From NCBI GenBank assembly GCA_029269845.2, contig CP149973.1, positions 270,001 through 302,000 of the forward strand: a stretch of DNA of 32,000 nt, read 5' to 3'. The notes under the pieces are model-generated. The model did no database searches. It was not told the DNA's origin and saw only the letters and a list, made by a program, of their open reading frames with translations. Of this stretch, positions 9,860-19,561 are shown one piece after another (position 1 is the stretch's first letter; each line of letters begins with the position of its first letter). Position numbers and translations under genes: made by a program. This DNA comes from Opitutia bacterium KCR 482. GTDB lineage: Bacteria > Verrucomicrobiota > Verrucomicrobiia > Opitutales > Intestinicryptomonadaceae.

Positions 9860-11272
9860 ATGCCCGATTTATGCGAAATGCTCCGCAGACTCAAAGAATG
9901 CGGAATTGCTTGCGCGACGGACAAACACTCGCGCTTTGCGGCGTCGCTCGACCAAATGCGGTACAGCTTTTTGCCCGACGCCGTGGTCTACGCAAAGTCG
10001 GAGGCCGACGTTTCGGAAACGATGAAGGCGGCGTCGGACTGCGGCGTTCCGATTACCGTAAGAGGCTCGGGAACGGGCTGCGCGGGCGGCTGTGTGCCGA
10101 CATGCGGGGGCGTTGTGCTCGACATGTCGGGAATCGACTTCATCGAAATCGACGCGGTCTCGCGCATGGCGCACGTCGGCGCGGGCGCAATCACGGCAAA
10201 TGTGGACGAGGCGGCAAACAAATTCGGGCTGTTCTACGCGCCCGACCCGTCCTCGCACAAATTCTCGTCGATAGGCGGAAACATCGCGTGCAACGCGGGC
10301 GGACTGCGCGCGCTCAAATACGGCACGACGCGCGAAAACGTGCTCGCACTGAAAGCGGTGCTCGCCGACGGCCGCGCGGTATCGGGGGCATTGCCGCTGA
10401 AAAAATATTCTGTGGGAATCAACCTGCGCGACATTTTCATAGGCTCGGAGGGCACGCTCGGAATCGTAACGGAGGCGTGGCTGAAACTGCTTCCGCTCCC
10501 GAAGTCGCGCACGGCGGCGCTTGCGTTTTTCAAAAGCGATACAGAGGCGTTCAAGGGCGTCGGGAAAATCATGCGGGCAAACCTCTCGCCCTGCGTGCTC
10601 GAATTCATGGACGTCGAAACGGTCTCGTGCATTCGGGCAAGACACCCCGACTTCGGCGTGCCCGCAAACTCGGCGGCAATCCTCGCGGAATTCGACGACG
10701 ACGACAGCGCGGAACAGGCGCGGAAATTCGCGCAAACGCTCTCGCCCGAAGCCGACGCAAAATACGCCGCCGACAACGCCGAAACCGAAAGGCTTTGGGA
10801 AATCCGCCGCAAGGCGTCGCAATCTATGTTCGAGCTTGGCGACGGAAAAATAAATCAGGACATCGTTCTGCCCGCGGAATCGCTCGACGCGTACTTCGAA
10901 TATTTCAAAAATTTGGGCAGGGAATACAAGCTCGCAACACCCGTATTCGGACACGCGGGCGACGGCAACTACCATATCCACTTCATGTACAAATCGTCGG
11001 ATCCGACGGGACGCGCCCGCGCGCTCGCGGCGATGGACAAGGCTATTTCAAGGGCTGTGGAAGTGGGCGGCGCGGTGTCGGGCGAACACGGAATAGGCTT
11101 TTTGAAGTCGAAATACATGTCCAAACAGCACACGCCGACCGAGCTTGAACTGATGCGCTCAATAAAAAAAATCTTCGACCCTCGGGACATTCTGAACAGG
11201 GGGAAAATCCTTGTCCCTGTTGACACGTCGAATCTCCGCCCGCTAAGCGGCGTAAAACTTCCGTGGGACTAA
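9860..11272 (+). CDS. FAD-linked oxidase (GlcD / D-lactate dehydrogenase family)
   Basis: FAD_binding_4-type PITVRGSGTGCAGGCVP, and C-terminal GAVSGEHGIGFLKSKYM and IKKIFDPRDILNRGKI. The start is 1 nt after the ptsI stop. Confidence 0.8.
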   Translation: MPDLCEMLRRLKECGIACATDKHSRFAASLDQMRYSFLPDAVVYAKSEADVSETMKAASDCGVPITVRGSGTGCAGGCVPTCGGVVLDMSGIDFIEIDAVSRMAHVGAGAITANVDEAANKFGLFYAPDPSSHKFSSIGGNIACNAGGLRALKYGTTRENVLALKAVLADGRAVSGALPLKKYSVGINLRDIFIGSEGTLGIVTEAWLKLLPLPKSRTAALAFFKSDTEAFKGVGKIMRANLSPCVLEFMDVETVSCIRARHPDFGVPANSAAILAEFDDDDSAEQARKFAQTLSPEADAKYAADNAETERLWEIRRKASQSMFELGDGKINQDIVLPAESLDAYFEYFKNLGREYKLATPVFGHAGDGNYHIHFMYKSSDPTGRARALAAMDKAISRAVEVGGAVSGEHGIGFLKSKYMSKQHTPTELELMRSIKKIFDPRDILNRGKILVPVDTSNLRPLSGVKLPWD

Positions 11273-11312
11273 GCGCTCGCCCCGCCGCATTCGATTGAGG
11301 CGAGATTTGCGG

Positions 11313-11340
11313 TTGACAATTACGCCCCTCAAAATAGAGT
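11313..11340 (+). promoter_or_regulatory. Candidate sigma70-like promoter
   Basis: TTGACA (11313-11318), a 16-nt spacer, then TAGAGT (11335-11340). It lies only about 7 nt upstream of ATG 11348, so it would imply a near-leaderless mRNA. This is a sequence match only. Confidence 0.3.
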
Positions 11341-11347
11341 CTTGCGC

Positions 11348-12019
11348 ATGAAGAAATGTCTTTTGCTTGCGGGATTATTTGCGTGCGCGGCGGAACTGCT
11401 CGCGGCGCAGTTTACACTTTTCGACAAAAACGGCACGGCGCAAAAGGGGATTATCCAAAACTTCACGCTGATAAAAAACGCGGCGAAATCTAAAAAAAGC
11501 TTTAATAGCTTTGTCGAAAGAGTCAAAACCGACACGGGCAAAGTGAAAAACCGCGACCCTGAAACGGAGCGAATCTGGCGGCAATTTCTCTCCGACATGC
11601 ACTTCGAAAAGGGAACATTCCCCGAAAGGCTTGCGCACATCTCGAAGCAATCGGCAAATTTCGAAAACGCGGTTGCGGAAATCGAAAAATCGCTTCCAAG
11701 CCTGCAAGAACCGTCGCGGAAATTCCTGCGGACAAACCTGCTTTCACACGCGCTGATAATGCGGGCGTGCTCCGACATCTACAAGCATTCGACCTCCTCA
11801 GTCATCGCGCTCTCAAAACGCGACTGCGCCGCCGCGCAGGCTGAGCTTGACAAGGCCTTGGAGGCATTCGGATACTTCGACCGCGCAAAGGAAATCAACA
11901 CCGAGGGCGGGTGGAAAAACTGGTACAGGGGCGAGTTGAAAATGAACTTCGCCGAACTGTTAAAACTTGCGAAATCCGCGCGTGAATCGGCGGATAAAAT
12001 CAAAAATTCGGATTTTTAA
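11348..12019 (+). CDS. Hypothetical secreted protein
   Basis: ATG at 11348 gives the signal peptide MKKCLLLAGLFACAAELLAAQ; the track start TTG 11342 adds 2 aa. Codon usage is consistent with the window. I recognise no motif. Confidence 0.6.
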   Translation: MKKCLLLAGLFACAAELLAAQFTLFDKNGTAQKGIIQNFTLIKNAAKSKKSFNSFVERVKTDTGKVKNRDPETERIWRQFLSDMHFEKGTFPERLAHISKQSANFENAVAEIEKSLPSLQEPSRKFLRTNLLSHALIMRACSDIYKHSTSSVIALSKRDCAAAQAELDKALEAFGYFDRAKEINTEGGWKNWYRGELKMNFAELLKLAKSARESADKIKNSDF

Positions 12020-12042
12020 ACAAAACGCAACTTTTGAAAAAA

Positions 12043-14244
12043 ATGAAAAAAACAGCATTCGGATTTATCGCAATGGGAATCGCCTCGGCGGTCGCGTCGG
12101 CGCAAAGCTACATTGCAAACGAAGATTTTGAAGGGGCAAAACCGACGCTCGAAATCGGGGCGCAATCGCGCATAACCGACGCGAAAGACGAAGCCATCGG
12201 CGGCTCGCGCTCGCTTTTGTGCGACGCCGCCAACGGCAAAGACGAGACCGCGTTCGAAGTGTCGAGCGACAAATTCAACGTCTTCGAAGTCTCGTTCAAC
12301 TACAAAACGCTCAACGGCGCGAAAGGCGCGCCGCAAGTCGGCTTTATCGACCGGAACGGGAAGTACACCGACTTCCGCAGCGAACGCCCGTTTTTTCTGC
12401 ACAACGACGGCGACATCGAAACGTTCAAGGCGCTCTTCCACGGACGCGCGGAGCAAAAGTGCACTCTGCGCGTTTGCGTGTCGGCGGGCGGTCGCGCCGT
12501 GTTCGACAACGTTAAAGTACGCGGCTTCAACGCCCCCGCGAAAAGCGACTGGGCGGTGCACAATGCAAAAGTGTTCGCGTCGTGCCGCAGCAATCCGTTC
12601 AAGAACTACTATCTGAAAGCGGACGACAAAATTCTGTCGATGTCGGAAGCCGAATTTTTCCCGTTCATCGACAAATACGGGCAGTACAAGCACCGCGACT
12701 GGACCGACAAGGTTCACTCCGACGCCGACTTGAAGGCGCAGGCTGCGCGGGAGAAAACGCTCGCCGACGCCCTGCCCGACTCGCGCCCCGACCGCGACAA
12801 GTATTTTGGCTTTGTCTCGCCCGACAAAAAATTCGCGGCGACGGGCAAATTCAGGACGCAGAAAATCGACGGCAAATGGTGGTTCATCACGCCCGACGGC
12901 AATCCGTTCTTTGCGGTGGGCGCGTGCAAAGCGGGCTTCGGGTGGAGTCTGAATCCGCCGAAACTCGACGGGCGCGACTGCGAAAAGCGCACGCCGTCAA
13001 CGCCCATTGAAGGGCGCGAAAAATTCTTCGAAAAACCCATCGGCGAAAAGTACACGCTTGCAACCGCGCCTTTCAAACGCTCATACTTTCAGGGCAAGCC
13101 CGCAAAAAGCTTCAACTACTACGCCCGAAATATCGACATAAAATACGGCAACCCCGACGCCGACTTTCTCGCAAAAATCTTGGCGCGGCGCGCAAAGCTT
13201 TTCGGCGTAAACCTCGGCGGGCATTTGAGCGAGTACCCGCTTCTCGAAAAGGCGAAAGTGCCCTACACCGTTACGGTTTACTCCGCGCCAGAAGAGTTGA
13301 TTGACGGCGACTACAAGCTCCACGGCTGGTGGCAGCTGCCGCCCGACTGGTTCTCGCCGAAGTTCGAAAAATCCGTGCGCGAGCGGCTCGCCGAATGCGC
13401 CCCATACATAAAGAGCGCGTACTGCTTCGGCGTGTTCGTAGACGGCGAGCTGCCGTGGGTCGAAAAGCGCGCCGAAATTTCGAAAGGCGTGCTCTCGTGC
13501 GGAGAAACGCAGAGCGCGAAAATCGCGTTCTGGCAAATGCTCGAAAAAAAATACAAAACGCTCCGAGACCTGAACGACGCGTGGGGCTCAAAGTACGAAT
13601 CGAAAGCCGGATTCCTCAAAACAAAAAACTTCTTCCCGACCACCGAAAAAGGCATTGCCGACTTGTACGACTTCGAAGAACTCTACACGCGCCAATATTT
13701 CAAAGTCTGCCGCGATGCAATCAAGAACATCGACAAAGACGCTATGTACTTGGGGTGCAGCTTCGGAACATACGGCTCGGCGTGGGAATACGCCGCGATG
13801 ATTTCGGCCGACTACTGCGAAGTCGTTACAGCCAACATCTACCGCTACAATATCTCGAACCTCGCCCTGCCCGCAGGCTCGAAAGACCGGCCGATTCTCA
13901 TCGGCGAATACCACTTCACGCCCTACGACGGGGGCACGTTCGGCATAACTATGGTTCCCGTCGAAACCGCGGAAAATCAGGCGCGGTGCACGCTCGAATT
14001 CATGCGGAGCGCGGCGCACAACCCCGCCGTTGCGGGCATAGAATGGTTCGCGTGGTTCGACCTTCCCGCCACGGGCAGGTACGACAAAGCCGACAGCGGA
14101 ATCGGGCTTGTCGACATGGCGGACACCCCGCACTACAAGCTTGTGGAAACTTTCAAAAAGTTTTCCGAAGAAGTCTACAAAATGCGCTTCGAAGCAAAGG
14201 GCGCGTACGGTAGCGGAGCGCAAAACGACCGCAACTGGCACTAA
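12043..14244 (+). CDS. Secreted putative glycoside hydrolase (N-terminal beta-sandwich/CBM-like region plus C-terminal TIM-barrel-like region)
   Basis: Signal peptide MKKTAFGFIAMGIASAVASAQS; I prefer ATG 12043 over the track TTG 12034. The segment KIDGKWWFITPDGNPFFAVG and the following WxxW-rich region resemble the entry into GH42/GH50-type catalytic barrels. I cannot assign a family by eye. Confidence 0.65.
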   Translation: MKKTAFGFIAMGIASAVASAQSYIANEDFEGAKPTLEIGAQSRITDAKDEAIGGSRSLLCDAANGKDETAFEVSSDKFNVFEVSFNYKTLNGAKGAPQVGFIDRNGKYTDFRSERPFFLHNDGDIETFKALFHGRAEQKCTLRVCVSAGGRAVFDNVKVRGFNAPAKSDWAVHNAKVFASCRSNPFKNYYLKADDKILSMSEAEFFPFIDKYGQYKHRDWTDKVHSDADLKAQAAREKTLADALPDSRPDRDKYFGFVSPDKKFAATGKFRTQKIDGKWWFITPDGNPFFAVGACKAGFGWSLNPPKLDGRDCEKRTPSTPIEGREKFFEKPIGEKYTLATAPFKRSYFQGKPAKSFNYYARNIDIKYGNPDADFLAKILARRAKLFGVNLGGHLSEYPLLEKAKVPYTVTVYSAPEELIDGDYKLHGWWQLPPDWFSPKFEKSVRERLAECAPYIKSAYCFGVFVDGELPWVEKRAEISKGVLSCGETQSAKIAFWQMLEKKYKTLRDLNDAWGSKYESKAGFLKTKNFFPTTEKGIADLYDFEELYTRQYFKVCRDAIKNIDKDAMYLGCSFGTYGSAWEYAAMISADYCEVVTANIYRYNISNLALPAGSKDRPILIGEYHFTPYDGGTFGITMVPVETAENQARCTLEFMRSAAHNPAVAGIEWFAWFDLPATGRYDKADSGIGLVDMADTPHYKLVETFKKFSEEVYKMRFEAKGAYGSGAQNDRNWH

Positions 14245-14269
14245 GCTCCTCCGCAATTTTCATAAGCAA

Positions 14270-14300
14270 GCGGCACGGCAAAAATGCCATGCCGCTTTTT
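14270..14300 (+). terminator. Rho-independent terminator
   Basis: gcggcacggca / aaaa / tgccatgccgc forms an 11-bp stem with 1 mismatch, followed by T5 (14296-14300). Confidence 0.7.
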
Positions 14301-14342
14301 AGTATCGTCAGGCGTAAGCAACAGAGAGCGGCATTTTACAAT

Positions 14343-14379
14343 AAAAAAGAGAAATCCCATGAACGAGATTTCTCTTTTG
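14343..14379. terminator. Bidirectional terminator-like hairpin
   Basis: aagagaaatc (14347-14356) pairs with gatttctctt (14367-14376). An A-run lies on the left and a T-run on the right. Confidence 0.45.
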
Positions 14380-14406
14380 ATAAAAACCGATAAGCGTTTT
14401 TTTAAG

Positions 14407-14605
14407 CGTTTTCCACCTCATTTTGCGCGGTTTCCCGCTCTTCTCAAAAATTGGGGCAACCCGCTTCGCGTGCTGCCCCTTTTTGCGCGGTTTTCCGCCT
14501 TTCTCAAAAATTGGGGCAACCCGCTTCGCGTGCTGCCCCTTTTTGAGGTTTTCCACCTCTATCTCAAATTAGGGCAACCCGCTTCGCGTGCTGCCCCTTT
14601 TTGAG
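14407..14605. repeat. Tandem ~60-bp repeat, 3 full units plus partial flanks, each with a terminator-like hairpin
   Basis: Units are 14421-14480, 14481-14540 (3 mismatches in 60 versus unit 1) and 14541-14598 (more diverged in its 5' half). Each carries GGGGCA..acccgcttcgcgtgc..TGCCCC (14453-14479, 14513-14539, 14572-14597) followed by TTTTT. A partial 'ttttccacctc' copy lies at 14410-14419. Confidence 0.85.
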
Positions 14606-14606
14606 A

Positions 14607-15806
14607 CTACGCCTGTCCGATTGCTTTCAGCAATTCGACAAACCAAGCCTGCTTTGTATCGAACGGTTTTCCGCCTTTGATACGCTCAAATTCACAAGCG
14701 CGGAGGACGTTGCCGTTGTTTTCGTCGTGCCCGATTACGCCGCTTTCCCTGCGCATTGCGCATTCTACGGCGAGGTCGGTGCAGCTCTTGATGAGGCGCA
14801 GGTCGTCGGCGTTTGCCGCAGCCGCGCGGGCAAAATAGCCGCTCTTCTGAACCATAACCTTTTCCGCGCCAATCATTTCGGCGAACTGTTTGCCGAACCA
14901 TTTGCCGGGGTTTACGGCGTCGAGCTTGACGTGTCCGAAAGCGTCGCGGGGAACCTCCTCGCCCTTTGTCTCCATTTCGGCGACAATCGTCTTAACGCCC
15001 GCGCCCTCGGAGATAAAGATGTTTACGCAGTCGTTCTTGTCCATGACTTCTTTGAGGCGTTTCGCTTCCTTGGCGATGTCGATTTCCATTTCGGGAATGA
15101 ACACTGCGTGGACGTCGCGGCGCGCTTTTGTGAGTCCGAGACCGTCGGCGTATTCGCCGCGGTTGAGCATTTCGCGGTATTTCGCCGCAGTCGCCGCAGT
15201 AAGCCAGCCGCAGTTGCGCCCCATTACTTCGTGGATAATAAGCATGCGCGGGTTTGCGCCGCATTCGCCGACGACGTTCTTGAAGAACTTTGCGCCCTCT
15301 TCCGCCGCCGTCCACGCGCCGAGGCTCTGGCGAATGGGATAGACGTCGTTGTCAATCGTCTTGGGAAGCCCGATGACGGTGAGTTCGTAGTTATTTTCTT
15401 TAAGGAATTTAGCCAAGTCGGCAGCCGCGGTGTTGGTATCGTCTCCGCCGATTGTGTGGAGAATGTCTACGCCGTCCTTGACGAGCTGGTCTGCCGCAAC
15501 TTTCTGCGGGTCCTGACCTTCTTTGACGAGGCCGCGCTTTACGCAGTCCTTAACGTTTGTAAGCTTCACGCGCGAGTTGCCGATGGGCGAGCCGCCGTAG
15601 AGGTGGAGCAAGTGCGCCTGTTCGCGCATTTTTGCGTCTACCTTGATGCTATCGCCGAGCAACAGCCCCTTGTAGCCGTTGATGTAGCATATGATTTCGA
15701 TGGAGGGGTCGATTTCCGTATAACGTTCAATCAGACCGCCGATTGCGCTTGACAGGCAGGGCGCGAGTCCGCCCGCCGTGAGTATTCCGACTTTTTTAGG
15801 TTTCAT
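14607..15806 (-). CDS. pfp: Pyrophosphate-dependent 6-phosphofructokinase (PPi-PFK)
   Basis: GILTAGGLAPCLSSAIGG, GLPKTIDNDV, MGRNCGWLTA. The motif TIGGDDTNT (GGDDT rather than the GGDGS of ATP-PFKs) is the usual PPi-dependent signature. Confidence 0.9.
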   Translation of the reverse strand: MKPKKVGILTAGGLAPCLSSAIGGLIERYTEIDPSIEIICYINGYKGLLLGDSIKVDAKMREQAHLLHLYGGSPIGNSRVKLTNVKDCVKRGLVKEGQDPQKVAADQLVKDGVDILHTIGGDDTNTAAADLAKFLKENNYELTVIGLPKTIDNDVYPIRQSLGAWTAAEEGAKFFKNVVGECGANPRMLIIHEVMGRNCGWLTAATAAKYREMLNRGEYADGLGLTKARRDVHAVFIPEMEIDIAKEAKRLKEVMDKNDCVNIFISEGAGVKTIVAEMETKGEEVPRDAFGHVKLDAVNPGKWFGKQFAEMIGAEKVMVQKSGYFARAAAANADDLRLIKSCTDLAVECAMRRESGVIGHDENNGNVLRACEFERIKGGKPFDTKQAWFVELLKAIGQA

Positions 15807-15918
15807 AATTTTTTCTGAAAGAAATTAAGCCGCCTATCCTACGGGTTCCGACGCGCCGCGCAAGCAAAATGCCGCGCGGTGGCGCAAAAAATGGGCGCGG
15901 CTTTCGACGCGCGGGCGC

Positions 15919-15951
15919 AAAAAAAAATCCGCAAGCCGAATGCCTGCGGAT
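15919..15951 (-). terminator. Rho-independent terminator after clpC
   Basis: The minus strand reads auccgcagg / cauucgg / cuugcggau (9-bp stem including one G-U), followed by U9. Confidence 0.75.
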
Positions 15952-15967
15952 TGCGGAAATTTTTAAA

Positions 15968-18454
15968 CTACGCCTTTTTACACGGTTTCTTTTTCTGCGA
16001 GAATGCGATATGTTTGCCGCCGTCGGCGAGCGTTGCGAAAATTTCGCCAGCGTCGGTGATTGTTCCGCGCAGGATTTCCTCGGCAAGGGCGTCTTCAAGC
16101 TCGCGTTCGATTGCGCGTTTGAGCGGCCGCGCTCCGTACTTTTCGTCCCACCCTTTCGATATGAGGAAGTCCGTCGCGGGCTTGTCGAGAACAAGCGACA
16201 TTCCCTTTTCGGCAAGTCTTGCGCGGAGTTTGTCAAGCTCAAGCCCGACGATTTTTTCCATGTCCGCCTTTGTGAGCATGCGGAAGAGGACGATGTCGTT
16301 TATGCGGTTGAGAAATTCGGGGCGGAACGATTTTTTCATTTCGTCCATGACTTTCTCTTTGAGCTTGTCGTAATCGTCGTCGAAGCCCGCCGCACCGAAG
16401 CCCATCGACGGGTTCTTTTGCAGAATGTTCGCACCGACGTTGCTTGTAAGAATTATAATCGTATTGCGGAAATCGACCGTTCTGCCGAGGCTGTCGGTGA
16501 GTCTGCCGTCCTCCAAGACTTGCAGGAGAATCTGCACGACGTCGGGGTGCGCCTTTTCGATTTCGTCGAAGAGTATTACGCTATACGGGCGTCTGCGAAC
16601 CTGCTCGGTGAGCTGTCCGCCGTCTTCGTGCCCGACGTATCCGGGGGGCGAGCCGATTAGCCGCGAGACCGAGTATTTTTCCATATACTCGGACATGTCG
16701 ATTTGAATGAGAGCCTCCTGCTTGCCGAACATCTGTTCGGCGAGCATCTTTGCCAAATACGTTTTCCCGACGCCCGTCGGACCCAAGAACAGAAACGAGC
16801 CTATCGGGCGTTTCGGATCTTTAAGCGCGGCGCGGGAGCGTCTGAGGGCGCGGGCGATAACCGACGTAGCCTCCTCCTGCCCCACGACGCGTGCGCGCAG
16901 GCGGTCTTCGAGTTCGAGCAGTTTTTTGCTCTCCTCTTTTTCCATGCGCGAAAGCGGAATGCCCGTCCACGTCGAAACCACCGCGTAGATGTCGTCCTCG
17001 CCGACTTCCACGCGCTTGTCTTCGAGCGACTTCTTCCAGTTTTTGACGATTTCGTCGCGCTCGCGCGAGAGCGATTTTTCGGCGTCTCGCAGTTTTGCGG
17101 CGTCCTCGTAGCGTTGGTCGCGGATTGCGTCCTCCTTCGCCTTTTCCGTATCGGCGATTTTCGCGTTGATGTCGAGCACCTCCTGCGGGCGTTCGAGCGT
17201 TTTGATTCTCGCGCGGGAGCCTGCCTCGTCGATTACGTCGATTGCCTTGTCGGGCAAAAACCTGCTTGTGATGTAGCGTTCGGAGAGTTTTACGGCGGCT
17301 TCGAGCGCGGCGTCGGAGTACACGCAGTGGTGGTGTTTTTCGTAGTTGCCGCGCAGGCCTTTGAGAATCAGAATGGCGTCGTCGCGCGACGGTTCTTCGA
17401 CTTTGACACTCTGGAAACGCCTGTCGAGCGCGCTGTCCTTTTCGATAAACTTGCGGTATTCTGCGATAGTCGTTGCGCCTATGCACTGCAACGACCCCCG
17501 CGAGAGCGCGGGCTTGAAGATGTTGGAGGCGTCCATTGCGCCCTCCGCCGCGCCCGCGCCGACTATCGTGTGGAGTTCGTCGATGAAAAGAATGACGTCG
17601 CCCGCCTTTTCGATTTCGTCCATGACCGCCTTGATTCGCTCTTCGAACTGTCCGCGGTATTTTGTTCCCGCGACCATCAGAGCCATGTCGAGCGTGATTA
17701 CGCGTTTTGAGGCAATCAGTTCGGGGACTTCGCCTTTTGCGATTTCCTGCGCCAAGCCCTCGACTATCGCGGTTTTGCCGACGCCCGCCTCTCCCACGAG
17801 AACCGGGTTGTTCTTTGTGCGGCGGCACAGAATTTGAATTACGCGCATGATTTCGTTTGCGCGTCCCACGACGGGGTCGAGCTTGCCGTTGCGGGCAAGT
17901 TCGGTGAGGTCGCGACCGAACGCTTTAAGCGCGCTCTGTTTGCCGTGTTCGGAGCGTTCGCCGCCCTCGGACTGGGGAATGTCGGAGTCGGGGTCGTCGG
18001 GAGTGTCGCCCACAAACTTTGGGTCTAGCTCGGCAAGAATCTGGTTGCGGCAGGCGTCGATATTCACGCCCAGCTTGCGCAGAACTTCCGCCGCGACTCC
18101 CTCGCCCTCGCGAAGAAGCCCAAGCAAAATGTGTTCCGTGCCTATATAGTTGTGGTTGAGTCTGCCCGCCTCGTTCGACGCCAGCGAGAGCACTTTCTGC
18201 ACTCTCTGTGTGTATTTGAGGTCGTTTGCCGCCTGCATCATGGCATCTCCCCCGCCGACTTGGCGCATGATTTCCGCGCTCACGTTTTCGAGGTTTATCC
18301 CCATTTTGCGCAGGACGTTCACGGCAACCCCCTGCCCCAAGCGGATTATGCCGAGCAAGATGTGTTCCGTGCCTATGTAGTTGTGCCCCAGACGCGCCGC
18401 TTCTTTGCGCGCCAGCGTTATTACCTGTTGGGCTCTCGGTGTAAAGTGCTGCAT
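15968..18454 (-). CDS. clpC: ATP-dependent Clp protease ATP-binding subunit ClpC
   Basis: Two Clp_N repeats ([12 protein letters not shown] twice), Walker [16 protein letters not shown] and [15 protein letters not shown], and a UVR-like linker [15 protein letters not shown] prefer ATG 18454 ([10 protein letters not shown]), which has GGAAGGA about 12 nt upstream; the track start at 18502 adds 16 aa. Confidence 0.9.
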   Translation of the reverse strand: MQHFTPRAQQVITLARKEAARLGHNYIGTEHILLGIIRLGQGVAVNVLRKMGINLENVSAEIMRQVGGGDAMMQAANDLKYTQRVQKVLSLASNEAGRLNHNYIGTEHILLGLLREGEGVAAEVLRKLGVNIDACRNQILAELDPKFVGDTPDDPDSDIPQSEGGERSEHGKQSALKAFGRDLTELARNGKLDPVVGRANEIMRVIQILCRRTKNNPVLVGEAGVGKTAIVEGLAQEIAKGEVPELIASKRVITLDMALMVAGTKYRGQFEERIKAVMDEIEKAGDVILFIDELHTIVGAGAAEGAMDASNIFKPALSRGSLQCIGATTIAEYRKFIEKDSALDRRFQSVKVEEPSRDDAILILKGLRGNYEKHHHCVYSDAALEAAVKLSERYITSRFLPDKAIDVIDEAGSRARIKTLERPQEVLDINAKIADTEKAKEDAIRDQRYEDAAKLRDAEKSLSRERDEIVKNWKKSLEDKRVEVGEDDIYAVVSTWTGIPLSRMEKEESKKLLELEDRLRARVVGQEEATSVIARALRRSRAALKDPKRPIGSFLFLGPTGVGKTYLAKMLAEQMFGKQEALIQIDMSEYMEKYSVSRLIGSPPGYVGHEDGGQLTEQVRRRPYSVILFDEIEKAHPDVVQILLQVLEDGRLTDSLGRTVDFRNTIIILTSNVGANILQKNPSMGFGAAGFDDDYDKLKEKVMDEMKKSFRPEFLNRINDIVLFRMLTKADMEKIVGLELDKLRARLAEKGMSLVLDKPATDFLISKGWDEKYGARPLKRAIERELEDALAEEILRGTITDAGEIFATLADGGKHIAFSQKKKPCKKA

Positions 18455-18514
18455 TTTATGATAATTCCTTCCGTGTTGCGCGTTGTTTATCGGACGCAAC
18501 ATGCCGATATTAAC

Positions 18515-19561
18515 TTATTTTGCGGCGAATTCGGGAAGTCCCGCGGCGAACGTGTTAAGATACGCCGCCCTCACCGCGTCGCGCTCGGACGCCTCGGATT
18601 CCCTGATATTGAATTTGTCCTGCAAATGCGCGGGCTGAATGTCGAGAATTGCGTTGTCGACATCTTCTATGACGTCTCCCGCCGACTTGCAGAAGCCCAT
18701 GTCCGCCGCCATGCGAATGTTCGAAAGCAGCGAGACCGCCTCGGCTGTGTCTATAAGTTTGCAGTTTTTCAATATCGCGACCGACCGCGCTATCTTATCG
18801 ACAATCACAACGGGCGTTTGTTGCATCGTTTTCAGCCGCGCGTTTGTTTCGAACTCGACGAGCTTGTCGGTAAATTTTGCGATTTTTGCTATGATTTCCT
18901 CTTCGGAAATTCCAAGCGTCTGCTGGTTCGACAGCTGGAAGAACGCCCCGTAAGAGTCGCTGCCTTCGCCGTTCGCGCCCCTGACTACCATTCCCAGCTG
19001 GTTAAGCCCGCGCACTATTTTCTCTATCTGGCCGCCGAGCGAAAGCGCGGGAAGGTGCAACATGACCGACGCCCGCATTCCCGTTCCGACGTTTGTCGGG
19101 CACGCCGTGAGGTAGCCGAAGTTGGGGCTGAACGCGTATTCGAGCCGCTCCTCGACGGCGTCGTCTATGGAATTTACCGTGCGCCACAGCGCGTTGAGCC
19201 GCTGCCCCTTTGCGACAGCCTGAATGCGGAGGTGGTCTTCCTCGTTAATCATTGCGCTTGCCGCGCCGTCTTTTGAAATGTACACGCCCGCGTTTTCGGT
19301 TGCGCCCGCGAGTTCGCGGGTTGCGTGGCGTTCCTCGACGAGCATGCTCTTTCCGAAGTCGGAGATTTCGGACATCTTTACGAGCCTGCCGCCCTTGAAT
19401 TTCCCCGTCTTTGAGAGCGCGTCGGCGCATTTTTCGAACACCTCTGCAAGCTCCCCGCAAGACGCCGCGTTCGAGAAGCGCGTGTGCGCCAAGTTCCGCG
19501 CAAGCCTTATGCGCGAAGTCATCACGATTGCGGAGTTTTTTCTGTGGATTTTCAAGACCAT
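18515..19561 (-). CDS. mcsB: Protein arginine kinase McsB
   Basis: ATP:guanido phosphotransferase motifs EEDHLRIQ and CPTNVGTGMRASVMLHLPAL. The real start is ATG at 19561 (MVLKIHRKNS), sharing one base with the mcsA TAA stop (TAATG). The Arg-rich 151-aa extension in the track ORF runs out of frame across mcsA. Confidence 0.9.
   Translation of the reverse strand: MVLKIHRKNSAIVMTSRIRLARNLAHTRFSNAASCGELAEVFEKCADALSKTGKFKGGRLVKMSEISDFGKSMLVEERHATRELAGATENAGVYISKDGAASAMINEEDHLRIQAVAKGQRLNALWRTVNSIDDAVEERLEYAFSPNFGYLTACPTNVGTGMRASVMLHLPALSLGGQIEKIVRGLNQLGMVVRGANGEGSDSYGAFFQLSNQQTLGISEEEIIAKIAKFTDKLVEFETNARLKTMQQTPVVIVDKIARSVAILKNCKLIDTAEAVSLLSNIRMAADMGFCKSAGDVIEDVDNAILDIQPAHLQDKFNIRESEASERDAVRAAYLNTFAAGLPEFAAK

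Noticed and set aside
9869-11148. Long ORFs (370 aa on the - strand, 425 aa on the + strand in an alternative frame) overlapping the GlcD-like gene
   Set aside because: Their Arg/Gly/Ala-rich low-complexity translations are typical of off-frame reading of GC-rich coding sequence. The annotated frame carries the FAD-oxidase motifs.
14284-14604. ORFs of 106 aa (+) and 82 aa (-) spanning the tandem repeat region, giving repeated peptides (LKNWGNPLRVLPLF)
   Set aside because: The peptide repeats simply mirror the 60-bp DNA repeats made of terminator hairpins. Neither ORF has native codon bias or an upstream start context.
14407-14605. Possible CRISPR array (regularly spaced repeats)
   Set aside because: The inter-hairpin 'spacers' are themselves conserved between units, so these are whole-unit tandem repeats. 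There are only three units, no cas genes are nearby, and the repeat is a terminator-like hairpin followed by a T-run.
14601-15752. 383-aa + strand ORF antisense to pfp
   Set aside because: Shadow ORF. The PFK motifs are on the minus strand.
16703-19276. Several 335-381-aa + strand ORFs antisense to clpC and mcsB, and a 335-aa minus-strand off-frame ORF (16821-17828)
   Set aside because: These are shadow or off-frame ORFs with Arg-rich low-complexity translations. The clpC and mcsB frames carry the AAA+ and guanido-kinase motifs.
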